A stretch of 64,000 nucleotides of DNA from assembly GCF_964194155.1 (NCBI RefSeq), contig NC_135903.1, positions 29,326,001-29,390,000 of the forward strand, read 5' to 3'. Shown piece after piece: positions 36,299-49,160 of the stretch. Made by a program: the position numbers and the translations under genes. The notes below the pieces were generated by a model. The model saw only the letters and a program-made list of their open reading frames with translations, was not told the origin of the DNA and did no database searches. The stretch's first letter is position 1; each line of letters starts with the position of its first letter. Origin of the DNA: Cetorhinus maximus. Its lineage: Eukaryota.

Positions 36299-38209
36299 AC
36301 ATCCCTTCCTAATGTTCCTGAGCTTGCCTTTGCACCTCCTGAGGTAACCCTGAGTCTAGAGCCTTATCATCTGACTCGGACTCAGCACCTTTCTGGCCTC
36401 CAGCAGTCCTTCGAGTGCCAGAGACCAGGGAAGTCCCTGCTGCCGCTTGCTGTGGATCAGAACGTGTGAAGTGCTCACCAGATTGTGATCCCGAGGCTAC
36501 TCTAAAGCTCGGTCCCACCGAGGTGTGTGTTTCTGTGCTGGTGGAGGATGTAGGTGAGCGCTGTGACGGGACTTCAAGGAGGATGCCTTCAGATTCTTCT
36601 TCAGAGGTTTCTTTGGGGCTTGACTGGAGGCTCTGGGTCGTGCACTCCGTCAGCTGTTTCCCAGATGTGCCTGCGAAAGCAAGGAGAGATAATTAGTGTA
36701 TGACAGTGGCCTGTGAACACATCACTCAAAGCATGGTGTCTGATGGATGTTGCACTGCTGGATCCTCCCTTGGTAGAGCAGCGCCGACCTCACCATCGGC
36801 ACAGGAATAGCCCAGATCCTCGTCGCCCAGCTGGATGGCTCTGTTTTCAAAGTCCATGAAGACCTTGATTTCAGGCATTCCTCCACCAGTCTGTGACCTC
36901 TCCCTCCTGTTGTGTGCCAGGTCGTCCTGCATAGAGATGAAGAGAGCGTAAGCTGCCAAACCAGATGATAAGTATGCCTGGCCTGTGGGGGTGGTGAGTG
37001 ACCCCCGTGAACGGGGTGAGGATACTGAAGGTGAGTGTGGGAGAGTGAACGGTGATGTCCCTTGAACTGGTAGTGAGCGAGGGCCCTGTGGATGTGTGAT
37101 GGGTTTGTGAGTGTGTGCGTTGAGAATAATGAGAAGGGTGACTTACCCTGGCGGAACAGATGAGATCATTTTTCCTTTTTCCGCACTGGGAGGCTGTCTT
37201 TTATGCAGGGCTTTGGCACTGACCAGTGCAGCCACCGCCTCCCAAGCTGGATTAGTGATGTTGCTGCCCATCCTGTGGCCGGAGTGGGGGTAGAGGATAT
37301 GGCGGGCCTCCACAGCATCCAAAAGATGCTCAAGGGACACGTCATTAAACCGAGGGCTGCAGTCTTCTTGCCTTTCAGAGCCATGTCTTCCATGCAGCAG
37401 TCGTGGACTGGAAGCACTGAGAGTTGCACGCATGGCTGCACTTTACATATGGCACATGGCATGGTGAAGCGGCGAGGTGATGGTGTGGCGGGTGAATGAG
37501 AACCCGCCTGTTATCGAACTGGCGTGTTTTCCAGGAATGCATAGTTAATGTGGGAGGATTGCGATGCTATGACATGACAAGCCTCCATTGCGGCCAGTGA
37601 GTAAAACATCGTTTTTCCCACCCGCTAATGCACTTAGTGCAAGTCTGGAATGATTCTGCCCTCTGTTTCAGGTAGAAAAATACCCATTACAATGGACTGT
37701 CTTGTTTACTTCTCTTTGGACTGTCATAATTGCATTCTAAATAAAATTAGCTGGATGGATTACAAAAAAAAAGATTTTCTGCATCTACGAGCTTACAAAA
37801 TCTATTTTGTATCAGAAAGAATTGTTTAACTTTACAACTGAAATATAATATTTAACAAGGGCATATCAGATGCCTGCAACATGCTGCCAACAGTATTATT
37901 GGGAAACACTGGCATATACACTAGGGCAAATATAGAATTTTCAGGAAATTATGGTTTCTGAAATGGCTAAGGTTACAATGGAGGCATCTTCCTCCTCATC
38001 AAATTTCAGAACAAGGACTGGGAGGCGTGCAGTCTGCAAACTACGCAAAGTTAATTTAGTGGAAAATAGTTAAGATTGAGGGAATTTTTCTTCAAGTTAT
38101 AAAAATGAACCGTGTGCTGTCAGGACCTTTGCCGATGCTGGAGACCCAGAGAATGTGCGATTAATTGCTCATTAATATTTCATAACAGCATTCACCACAT
38201 TGACGACCG

Positions 38210-38300
38210 TGCATGTCACCACCACCTCCTCAATGACAACCGGGTATGGGCAATAAATGCCAGCCTTGTTAATGACAGCCCCATCCCACGAATGAATTAC
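38210..38300 (+). mobile_element. 3' tail fragment of the APE+RT LINE family
   Basis: CACCACCACCTCCTCAA...ATGGGCAATAAATGCCAGCC...CATCCCACGAATGAAT. Confidence 0.7.
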
Positions 38301-38754
38301 TTTTTAAAAGCAGTCTCATGTACTGTGTCCTTGATTGTAAGCGATTGAAAGCTTTATTCTCTGAAGGCCATTGAAACCTCATAAAACAGGAGCTTTCCTG
38401 CAGCTCATGGTATGAGGGCAGTGAATTCTTCATACCAGGGAGCTTTTGTCATCCAAGTGCAACATCTCATCCTGAAGGAGTATGAAAGGGAAAATCAACT
38501 GTTTCATTTAGATATGGCTTTCTGACAAGCCACTTCGAAATGAAACAGTCAGGTTTTCTCTTTCATATTATTTCAAGATTCAATTTTGCACTTGAATGAC
38601 AGGAACAAAGTTATGTATTAAATTCTTATGTTAATTTTCCACCTTTGGAAGTGTTATGGGAACATGCACATGCTAAAATAAGACAGGGGAGAGACGGTAG
38701 AGGTACTATTACGATAATACAATATGTAAAAAAAAATCATTAAAAAAGGGAATA

Positions 38755-39610
38755 GTGCCAAAGAATTGACAGATAGATAATGTGATTCCAATATTTAAAA
38801 AGGGACAAAGAAGTCCAGGGAACTATATATAATTAGTTTAACATTGGTGGTAGTGAAGATAATGGGATCCTTACTCAAAGAGGTAGTGGAAAAACATCTC
38901 GAAACTGAAAATATAGTAAAGAAGGGTCAGTGCAGATTTCAAAAGTAAGGTCATGCTTGACCAATGTTGTTGAGTCCTTTGAAGATGTAACAGAAAAGGT
39001 GGATGGGGTAATATAGTCGATATATTTGCATTTTCAAAAGCTTTGATAAGGTACATAAAAACAGTTTTTGTGTGCAGTTTTGGGCTCCCTACCTAAGAAA
39101 GAATATACTTGCCATAAAGGGAGTGCTTCGAAGGTTCACTAGTCTGATACCAGGGATGGCAGGACTGTCGTATGAGGGGAGATTGGTTCGACTGGGCCTG
39201 TATTCATTAGAAAAATGAGAGGGGATCTGATTGAAACATATAAAATTCTAACTGGGCTAGACAGACTAGGTGCGTAGGTGATGTTTCCTCTGGTTGGGGA
39301 GTCTAGAAGCAGGGGCCACAATTTCAGGATATGGGGCAGGCCATTCAGGACTGAGATGAGGGAAAATTTCTTCACTCAGAGGATGGTCAAGCTGTGGACT
39401 TCTCTACCACAGGAGGCTGTGGCGGTGGGGTCACTGAGTATATTCAAGAAAGAAATTGATAATTTTTGGGATATTAGGGGCATAAGGAGTATGGAGAGAA
39501 AGCAGGAATATGGTTTTGAGATACAGGATCAGCCATGATCATGTTGAATGGTGGAGCAGGCTCGAAGGGCCGAATGGCCTACTCTTGCTCCTAGTTTCTA
39601 TGTTTCTATG
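38755..39610 (+). mobile_element. CR1 LINE fragments (RT remnant plus 3' end)
   Basis: Remnants of PIFKKG..PGNY and SCLTN..FQKA; then MFPLVGESRSRGH...FFTQRMVKLW and a TTTCTATGTTTCTATG tail. Confidence 0.85.
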
Positions 39611-40364
39611 ACATGAGAAATAGGAGCAGGAGTAAATCATATAACTGCTCGAACCTGCTCTACATTTAATATAAACATGGCTGATCTTCTGCCTCAACTC
39701 CACCTACCCAGCCACTCCCAATATTCCTTGATTTCCTGAGACCCCATGCATAGTAGATTCATGACTGTGCCCAATGATAAAGACATGTTTATGTATGAAT
39801 TAATACTCAGAATTTATTTATCCTATTCACTAAAATTATATAGCGTGTCTGCCATACTTCAGGTGGCAAAATTCAAAATGCCAAAAGTATAAAAAAGTGA
39901 AACGCAATCACTTTAGTCTGATTTTCTCTGACATGGAGCCAGGAAACTACAAACCATGCTCATTAATAGCAATTAATCTCTAAATGGCCTCAGGATGCAT
40001 GTACTTTTAGCAAATATAGTAAAAAGATGGCTATTTTAAAACCAATCCACGGCCATCTCCTTTCAAGGCATGCTCCTAGGTATTCTTTCCTCTTGAGGAG
40101 TGGACAGAGGGGTAATGTCAATACCAAACTTTTTGTTATATTGCAGTTTTTCCATTCATCTGTCACAACTTGCATAATCTCCCATATTCTTTTTATTTGC
40201 AAAGTCCTTTGCTCCACTATGGCCATTTTAAAAATCTTACTTATATGGAGCAAGTAAATATTTAACTTCGTAAAAAGGATAAGTAATTTCTATATTAACT
40301 CTTTGACTTCTGAACGAATATAGAGTCTATAGTTGCTCTTTAGGTTTTATTTAGAGGCCTCACA

Positions 40365-40765
40365 GAATCATAAAATTAGTACAGTGCAGAAGGAAGCCAT
40401 TCAGCCCATTGTGTCTGCACCAGCTCTCTGAATGGGCAATGCACCTAGTGCCATTCCCCTCTCTTCTCTCCATAACCGCAGCAGTTTTTTTCCCTATCTA
40501 CTCTGTCCAGACCCCTCTAATATCTCTATTAAATCTCTTCTCAACCTTCTCTTCTTCAAGGGAAACAGCCTCAATTTTTCCAATCTAAGTAACTGAAGTT
40601 CCATCCATGGAACCATTCTCATCAATCTTTTCTGCACTCTATCCAATGCTTTCACATCTTTCCTAAAGTGTGGCACCCAGAACTGGACGCAAAGCTCCAG
40701 TTGAGGGCAAACCAGTGTTTTATACAAATTTAACGTAACCTCCTTGTTTTTGTATGCTTTATTAA
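40365..40765 (-). mobile_element. CR1 LINE fragments
   Basis: YKTLVCPQLELCVQFWVPHFRKDVKAL (ORF 40494-40727) plus a 3' UTR piece. Confidence 0.85.
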
Positions 40766-40857
40766 TTCCTTTAAGAATTCTAATGCAACTCCCCAGAGGG
40801 GTGTAGACTATTAAATTATTGAGCTATAAAGACTAAGATTGTCCCAGGCTCAATACC

Positions 40858-41608
40858 TGGGCTTTGCTCAGCAAATTGATGGAGCTGCGGGCTGGCAAGT
40901 CTTCGGGTCCTGATGGATTACATCCTAGGGTCGTAAAAGAGGTGGCTAATGAGGTAGTCAATGTGCTGGCGTTAATTTTCCAAAATTCGCTAGATTCTGG
41001 AAAGGTTCCATCAGATTGGAAGGCAGCAAATATAACCCCTCTGTTCAAGAAGAGAGGGAGGCAGAAAACAGGAAACTATAGGCCAGTTAGCTTGATGTCT
41101 GTCGTGAGGAAGTTATTAGAATCACTCATTAAGGAGGATATAGCTGGGCATTTAGAAGAGCTCAAGGCAATAGGGAAGAATGAACATAGTTTTGTGAAAG
41201 GAAAATCATGTTTATCCAATTTATTGGAGTTTTTTGAAGGAGTAACTTGCACTGCGGATAAAGGGGAGCCTATAGACGTACTGTACTTGGATTTCCAGAA
41301 GGCATTTGATAAAGTGTCACATCAAAGATTATTACAGAAAGTAAAAGTGCATGGTGTAGTGGGTAACATATTAGCATGGATAGAAGATTGGCTGGCTGGC
41401 AGAAAGCAGTGAGTATGCATCAATAGGTCTTTTTCTGATGTGACAAGTGGAGTCCCACAGGGGTCTGTACTGGGGCCTCAACTTTTTACGATTTACATCA
41501 ATGGCTTAGATGAGGGGAGTGAAGACATGGTAGCTAAATTTGCAGATGACACAAAGATAGGGAGGAAAGTATGTTGTGAAGAGGACATGAGGAGGTTGCA
41601 GATGAATA
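40858..41608 (+). mobile_element. CR1 LINE reverse-transcriptase fragment
   Basis: KSSGPDGLHPRV, WKAANITPLFKK, NYRPVSL, YLDFQKAFDKV, SGVPQGSVLGP, KFADDTK; one stop. Confidence 0.93.
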
Positions 41609-41616
41609 GAAATTGT

Positions 41617-42030
41617 AAAAAACCTAGAGGGGGAGGAAATGTAGTAATTTAAGGTACAGCCTCTCCTTCTGTCTATCGGGGTCACGTGAAGGACCCCCTA
41701 CATGACCAAACGTGCCTGGGAGGAGGTGGCGGAGGTGGTGAGCTCCCACGATGTGGTACAGCGCACCTGGATCCAGTGCTGCAAGCGCTTCAACGATTTG
41801 TTAAGGCTCCGACCAGTAAGCCCTAAGTGCGGGCAACCCTGGGGGTGGGGCTTCCTGTCGAGAGTCCAGATCGAGCATGTAGCACCTGGAAAGCTCTCTG
41901 TAATAAAGTTTATCTGTTCCTTGTTGAAACCTGTCCACTCTATTGAGTCAGTACAAGAACCCAGGTTATGGAAGTGATAAATTGGCCAGTTTATCAGCCT
42001 CTGATTACACGTGAGGGACCCCTTACTGAA
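41617..42030 (+). mobile_element. LTR-like / Harbinger Myb-fragment chimera
   Basis: Purine tract AGAGGGGGAGGAAA then TGTAGT (41640); AWEEVAEVVSSHDVVQRTWIQCCKRFNDLLR (41702-41815) followed by GTAAG; AATAAA at ~41903; AGTACA at ~41955. Confidence 0.5.
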
Positions 42031-43182
42031 AGTGCATGAGCGTGAATGTTGATGGAATAGTGGATTGGATTCAACGATGATGTCCTCCAGTAGCTGACTG
42101 GCATTCACCAGGCCCTCATATCAATCATGTCCACTTGGAATGAAGCACCAATGGTGCCTGCTTCCTGAGAAGCCATGCACCAGTAAGAGAAGACAGTCAG
42201 GAGAGATGTACTGGGGAGAAAGCTGCAGCGAATAAAAAAAATGCTGCATTCATAAAGCCCTGACATCAAATAATACTGCAAATAAATTTTTGTTAAAGTT
42301 CCTACAAATCAAATATTACTCAGGAACATGCAAATGCACACTTTAAATTTTGGGATGTTTAAGATTCATTAGACCGGAGCTTTCAGACAGCCCATTGTTG
42401 CACATGTTATGGTGGTGACAGATGAGTTCTCCTTCATTCTTAATGGATGTGAGGCAGGCTTGGATGCTGCTGATGGGGTATTTAAGTGAGCGCAGAACAA
42501 TAATGCTGCAGCCTAATTACAGGTTATTTTCAGAAGTACTCTCCTTACACCAGCTCAGTCCTGATTGCGCTTTCTGAACACTGTGCACTGGAGCTTCAGT
42601 ATGACTTGTTCTGTTCCTCGGAGTGATGGATTTCAATTCTCTGTAAAATGCATCTGTTGTTAAAGGAGACAGGAAACATCGCTCTTTTATTTCTTTCTCC
42701 TGTTTCCCCAGCTTTCCATTGCTTCCATGATCATTAATTTTCTGATGGGATTGATCATCAAATAAACCGCTACCATTTCACAATTTTCAACCAACCCTAG
42801 GTTATGCTAGAGTGTAATTTAGATCCAAGAACTCTCCTTTTAAAAATCATTTTCAAAAGTCTGTGTTATGCTTTGGGTTTTTAATGCTCATTTGCTTTCT
42901 GGGAGTGGAGGGTGGAGGGGACTCTGTTCCATTGTCCACTCCCATAGCGAACCTCATGACCCCTACAAATTGGAGCATGCTTCAACCTGCCCAATACAAA
43001 TGCAAGTTATAGCAAAACCCACGGATCATAACAGAGAACTCTGTGTTGCCACATCATCATTCTCTCTTCAAGTAGTGGACTAAATATTCTAGCAGACAGA
43101 GCTTGGAGTTCTGAATCAGCAGTTGTTTTTATTTACATGGTTACACTGTAAAAGGCTGTCAGATACAAATCTAGGCTAACGC

Positions 43183-43490
43183 TCCAGTAGAGTACTGAGG
43201 GAGAGCTTTACTGTTGAAAGTGTTGTCTTTCAGATGAGATGCTGAACTGAGACCCACTCTCTCAGGTCAACGTAAAAGATCCCATAGCAATATTCAAAAA
43301 AAAAAGTACAGGAGTTCTTCCTGGTGTTCTGGCCAAGATATGTCCCTCAAACAGACTATCTGGTCACTATGTTCATAGGACCTTATTGTGTACAATTGAT
43401 TGCCTGCAACAAAGTGACTACACTTCAAAAGGCTTTGGGGAAGCCTGACGTTAATATAAAAGGTGCTATTTTTAAGGGAAGTTATTTTTC
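43183..43490 (+). mobile_element. Deu-domain SINE body
   Basis: CCAGTAGAGTACTGAGGGAG...TCTTTCAGATGAGATG...CTCTCAGGTCAACGTAAAAGATCCCAT. Confidence 0.7.
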
Positions 43491-43535
43491 TTTATTCCAA
43501 TGCTGTCTTCAATATATAACTAACGGACAACTTAT

Positions 43536-45020
43536 CATTGCAACCAGAGGGTAAAACATCGTTTTTCACCCCGGCTACCTTATTTGCATCAGGTGTCATG
43601 GTGGACTGGGGGGGGTGGGGGCGGGAGGGGCAAAAATCGGTTTCACGCCGACGTAAAATCACAGCCGGGTCATCTGATGGGGTCCGCCATCGCGAATATC
43701 GCTGGAGGCCAGCAGGAACCTGATTTACATCCCACAAATGGGATGAAAAGTGAGGCCCGACCGGAATTAGCCTCCCATGCCCGATTTACCATTACGCCAG
43801 CGGGAAAACGCACCGGCCCAGAACATGTCTGGACAAGCATGTCGTGCAGAAGTTGGGACTTACCTTTAGGGCCTTGCTCAGATCGCAGGTATCTGAAGAG
43901 AAGATGATGCTGGAGGCCTACAGCTACCAGACCCTGGAGGAAGACGTGCATCGCATGGTGGGTGGACCATCATGCACTTGGCTCCACCGCGAAGCAGCTC
44001 TCAGAAGGTGGGAGGTCTCCAAACAGCAGCTTCGACTTTGCTGAGGCGTCCGAACTTCATGGGCTTTGCCATGGACTCACACCGTCTTCCATGGCCTCTT
44101 ATTGCTTTGGACCTACTTCGGAGCTTCACAGACTTCGCCATGGCCTGGTATGGAGGATCGATGAAAGGGGGGTTGATGCGGTTGGAGAGGAAGATCTAGA
44201 TGTGAGTGGGAGAGGAAGGTGTACCGGGAGGGGGGTTGAGGTTGGAAGGGGGGAGGGCGAAGGTTTTAGGGAGGGAGGGGCCAAGGTGTCGGGGGGGTGT
44301 GAGGTTGGGATGGAGTGAAGGTATTGGGGGAGTGAGTTTGGGAGAGGGAGGGTGTCCGGGGAGAGAAGGGAGTTCAAAGGGGGCAGGGTGTCTTGATTGG
44401 GGGGGGGGGGGGTGGTGGAGGGAGTCCGGAGGGGAGGTGTCTGGTGGGAGGGTGAGGGAGTCTGGAGGGAGGAGGGAATCCCACTGAGATGTGTGTCGCT
44501 GCGCGTGTCTGTGATGGTTTTCCAGGCTGCTTATTTCCAGCTCTTCAATGGAGGAGGTGTCCTCTTGGCTGAAAGTGAAGACCTTGATGGGGCTGAGGGA
44601 CTGGCTGGCTGAGGGTGTCGGTCACTTGGCAGAGCTCCCTGTGAACCAAAGTAGAGATAAGTAGTGCATGGCAACAGGGTCAAAAGCAGGAAAGAGAGCA
44701 CTCACACTTGTGTTGAGGGAGGGGTGATCTAGTGCAGGATCCTCATGTGGGTGTTCGCCACCAACCTCACCATTGCTGCAGGCACAGTCTACGTTCTCAC
44801 CAGTCAGCGCGACGGTACGCTCCTCAAAGTCAGTGAGGGATGGGTAAATCTGTGCCTGTCCACTAGCGATCTGGCGTGTTTTCCGTGAATGCATTATCAA
44901 TGAAGTGGGACATGCCGGGAAGCAGACGATATAGCGCGAAAACCCGCCATTGCGACCGGTGGGTAAAACATCGTTTTTCACCCCGGCTACCGCACCCATT
45001 GCAATTTAGGAATGATTCCC
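43536..45020 (-). mobile_element. Internally deleted Harbinger derivative (same subfamily as 16982-20357)
   Basis: 44570-44645 is the reverse complement of 17854-17930; 43860-44020 is homologous to the reverse complement of 19900-20055; right end GGAATGATTCCC is a damaged TIR. Confidence 0.8.
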
Positions 45021-45614
45021 AGAGTTTTACCTGAGCACGAGAGCCTAGTATAAACTCGTAATTGACAAACTCTGGACCTCAAAAGAGAACTACAACTGAT
45101 TAATGATTTTGTTCCCTTCTCTCAGGTCTTGGACACAGCCGTCAATCAGATAAACACCAGGCTGGACTGCATTCTTTGATCTGTGTCCATGTGGCAATGT
45201 GCCTACTCATGTTTACCAACAGAAATATGATCCAAAGCCCTTTGAAGCTGCACTGAAAGAAAAAGCTGCATTTCCTGTGTCAATGATAGCATTGACAATA
45301 GCAAAGCTCTTTGTCCTCCAATGAAAATACATCCGTATTAATTAGAACTAAATGTGTCTGCACTTGGTCTGCATTAACATTTCGCAGAGCCCACCACCAA
45401 ATGCATTTTAATTAATCCTAATGTATTTTCTGTACCTTGCAGACTTCAGTTCACATAAACCACAATTAACCTCACAATTCCTAGCAGTAAGACTCTACAA
45501 ATTAAAAACAATATCTTGCATTTATGTGCACTTTTAAAATAGAATTGCTCACAAGGTGTGAGGATGAACACTGAATCAAAGAAGGAGTGATTTGATAGAT
45601 TTGTTTAAAATTAT

Positions 45615-45966
45615 GAATGTTCTCAATGAGAAGCAGCCTTCAGTGACAGGGAATTGGAACAAGAGGGCACAGATTTAGAATTGGCAAAAGAACCAGAAGT
45701 GGTGTGAGAAAACATTTTTTATTTACACAGCACGTTGTTGTGATCTGGGATGTGCTGTCTGAAAGGGCTTTGGAAGCAAATTCAATAGTAACATTCAAAA
45801 AAATAATTGGATGAATACCTGATGGGAAAAGCTTTGCAGGGTGATGGGGAAAGAGCAAGAGAGTGGGATTAATTGGATAGTTCTACCAAAGAGCCAGCAG
45901 CATAGATACACGAGAGAAAACGGCCTCGCTCTGTGCCATGTTATTCAACAATCCTATGATTCTATT
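45615..45966 (+). mobile_element. CR1 3' fragment
   Basis: AACAAGAGGGCACAGATTTAG...TTTACACAGCACGTTGTTGTGATCTGG; ends ATCCTATGATTCTATT. Confidence 0.8.
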
Positions 45967-46169
45967 ACAAGGTCTGGCCAAAGGTTTGGTCAAAGTGGTG
46001 GGTTTTGAAGAGGATCTTTAAAGGGGTGAGGGAACTGGTGAGGTTTAGGGATCAAAACCCAGAGAGTGGGACCTGCAATTTTACCATTAAACTTCCCTCT
46101 GCTGGAGAAAACATTTTGCATTTCTCTGTTTCAATGCCTTTGTGCAGAAATTAATTAAGTTAAAAAAAA

Positions 46170-46285
46170 TTAACAAAAAGCAAAAAAATCTGAAAATATA
46201 AACAGAAAAAGCTGGAAATACTCAAATCAGCAGGTCTGCCAACATCTGTTGAGGAAAAGAAGTCAGTAAATGAATGCTTCAGGTT
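46170..46285 (-). mobile_element. Penelope-like terminal-repeat fragment
   Basis: GCTGGAAATACTC..CAGCAGGTCTGCCAACATCTG is a reverse-complement homolog of 36275-36298. Confidence 0.55.
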
Positions 46286-48080
46286 TTCCATCTTTCCTCA
46301 GGAAATTTTCAGGTCAGTATCCTTTTGTTTGTCTTCTTAATTAAAAAGGTTCCTTGGTGACTGAAACGCTGCTTTGAATGTTAATATGTGTAACTGGCAG
46401 GTAGAGACTAGAACTTTGCAGTCACTCCGATGCTTTAGTGTGTTAAAGGTGCTGTACAAATGCAAGCTGTTGTTTTTAAAGAAACAATGTGAATGGCAAT
46501 ATCCAAACATAAACAGGAAATTTAACAGATCTCACACTTTGCGTGATGACGTGTTAATGTCACAGAAATGTCACTTCCAAGCGATGAATTGAATTTTGGT
46601 TTCTTAATGGTACATTCTTTCCAGAGGCCTAGGCTCTGAAATTTCTTGGGTTTCTCCTGTCAAAACACCAGTGGAACCATCAGAGAAATAGCATTGAGCC
46701 AGCTTGGGAGACAGGGAAAATCCCCATGCAATTTCACAGCCTCTGTCTCTTTAGTGCATTGAATGCGATTGATCCACCTGCACAACATCACACCTTGAAG
46801 AATGCAACCTAACTATGCCATCCAGAAGTTCTGTTGCTTATTGGCCTGCCTAGTGCATAATATTTTTAAAAGGTCATATCACCCCTATTTTAATTGTTTT
46901 AAGTAAGGTGCTGTTTCATCATCTTGCTGTCTCTGATAGCTTTGGACAATTTAACCTGTAAATAAATCCTATTTTCTAGTTGAACCTGTTGGGATGATTT
47001 TTTTTACTTTCAGAAGGAACAGGTGAACATGGTGAGCATCTATGCATTTTTCCAACCAGAAACAACAGATATAAGCCTGCAGGTATCGGTTCACAGTGGG
47101 CTTGATCTGCTTAGGTAAGCTGCCTTTTCGACAAGAGTGCAAGGTAAGAATCTGGGAAAATTGTCAGAACTGTGATACTTCATTTTAACTTGCAATTAGA
47201 AATTTGAGAATTGAAGAGTCTGAGTTACATGGAACAAAGTGTGATGACCACCAAAAAGCCTCATGTCCTTTTTTGTGCACATTTTATTGCCTTTTCTCGA
47301 AGCAATTAGCAAGTTTCTGATGGAAGAATTGAAAAGTCACTGTTGAAAATCTCAAAGCATTCTGTATTTTCGTCAAGGTTGTCCACATTGTCAGTTTTCT
47401 TTATTTTCCCTTACAATTTTCTCATTTGAATACCATTGTCTTCTCTTTCCTTTATGAAAATTTAAACAGGCCAGGAGCTTTCTGCTCCACTGCTTTCACA
47501 CAAAACCCTTGTCACCTGGTCAAGAGCCAATTAAAATGCTGTTGTCAGGTAGCTCCCTTGGTCCAGGACTCTTTTCCGGCACCATCCTGTCTTTCATGGC
47601 ACACTCTGTTCCAGGACTGCAACATTGTATCTATTTCTCATCCTGTTCCAGTGGACATGTCTTTTAAACTGCAGCCATTGTAATTCTAATCCATAGTCCA
47701 ACAGAAAATAAAAAGATATGTCCTTTACAACAGTCCAACAGAAGTAAAAAGATATATTCCCTACACAGCTTTGTTCTCTTATTCCTCCTCGTACAGTTGT
47801 ATCTTTCTTGGGTAACTTCCCTGGGCTTCAACAGTCCTGATCTCCCACCCAAAGTAGGTGATTTGGGGCATTGCCCTTAATATTTGACAACTGCCTTTTA
47901 GATTTCTCAAGAATTTTGCTACTTTCTCTGGTTTTCAGGAGAACTCTCCATCTACTGCTGATGGATTAACTGTTATCACTTATTTGAGGAACTGTTCACA
48001 TCTGTTGTTTTATTATCACCTGCTTTGTTCTATCTGTCCCTTTAAATAGAGCAGTAAAAGCCAGAGCCAAAAGACACAAT

Positions 48081-48620
48081 GGGCTGGATTTTAGCAGCCC
48101 TCTAGGTATAGGCAGCGAGGATAATGGGGAGGGGAACAAAAGAAGGCAGGGGTCAAGGGTGGGGAGGGGGCTTGCCTGCCCTCTTCCTGCTGCCATACCA
48201 TTATACCAGCGTTGGGGGAAGGTGGAGGATGGCCAGTTGAAAAATTGGTCACTAAAGTGGCCAATTATGGGACTCTTCCAATTGTTGAGGAGACCACCTG
48301 GCAAACCTTGGCCTCTGTGTGGGCTGAGGAGTGGGGGCCCTCCTATTCAGGCACCCTGTGGCCCATGGAGGGGCCCGGTGTTGACAAAAGCCATCACACG
48401 TTGCCACATACCCTCACAAACCACGCCCCCATCCCCTTGCTAGCATCTGCCTGACAGGCCCCGCCAGCCCCAGACTCCATTCACCTGGCTGTGAGGGGGG
48501 TATGCTTCAATGGCATCCTCTTCCTCCAGCTGCAGCGCCAGCAGCAGCCACTGCTCCCGGTGGTACTGCAGAGACTGCCCAGTTACCAGTGCCCCCTGCT
48601 GGACCCCTGTAAAATTCCAT
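48081..48620. mobile_element. Harbinger-type MITE
   Basis: Left end GGGCTGGATTTT; partial right end GTAAAATTCC; internal similarity to 63380-64000. Confidence 0.55.
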
Positions 48621-48624
48621 GATA

Positions 48625-49160
48625 TTTTTTAAAGAAGTCCAGGGGAGTTCTCTCAGCTTCCTGGTCAACATTTATCCTTCATGCGGATACACTTAATCTA
48701 TTTGCTGTTTGTGGGTTACTGCAGATTCTCACCTATCATCAACAACTGTAGTTCAAAAGTAAGTCACTGCCTGTGAAGAATTTTGGAATATCCTGAGGAT
48801 TTGAAAGGTGGTACATGAATACCCAGTTCTTTTTTTCTGTAACTTTATCTACAAGCTATTTATACAAAAGTAATAACATATTCTGGTCCTGAATAAACTA
48901 AAGTCCCACCTGCTGTCTCAGGTGATTATAAAAGATCCCTTAAACTTTTCAAAGAAGAGCAGGGGCATTTTCCTGACGTCCAGGCCAATGCTAATCCTTC
49001 AAGCATCCTCACTAAAGCCAGTTTGCAGTTTACAGGATTTTGCTGTGCACAAATTGGCTGCTGCATTTCCCTACATTACAATAGAGGCAACATTTCGAAA
49101 CTGCTTAAAATTGCTGTGAAAATTTGTTGTGAAAACGCTTTATAAATACAAGTTTCTTCT
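48625..49160 (+). mobile_element. Two tandem degenerate Deu-SINE 3' halves
   Basis: AAGAAG..CAGGGGAGTTCT...AACATTTATCC and CTCAGGTGATTATAAAAGATCCC...GCTGTGCACAAATTGGCTGC, each with a tail. Confidence 0.6.

Larger units (their letters stand above)
35500..37384 (-). pseudogene. Harbinger Myb/SANT-like gene of copy B, disrupted
   Basis: ATG GCT CTG AAA at 37384; intact CAGG|GTAAGT donor and TTTCGCAG acceptor; frameshifts and an insertion at ~36098-36298. Confidence 0.85.
32149..37661 (-). mobile_element. PIF/Harbinger DNA transposon, decayed (copy B), with two nested insertions
   Basis: TIRs GGGTGGAATTTTCC and GAATGATTCTGCCC; flanks CCT / TCT (3-bp TSD, 1 mismatch); inverted homolog of copy A. 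Confidence 0.92.

Noticed and set aside
40365-41608. Twin-priming inversion of a single CR1
   Set aside because: The pieces are separated by ~90 bp of unrelated sequence, no TSD was found, and they may be independent insertions.
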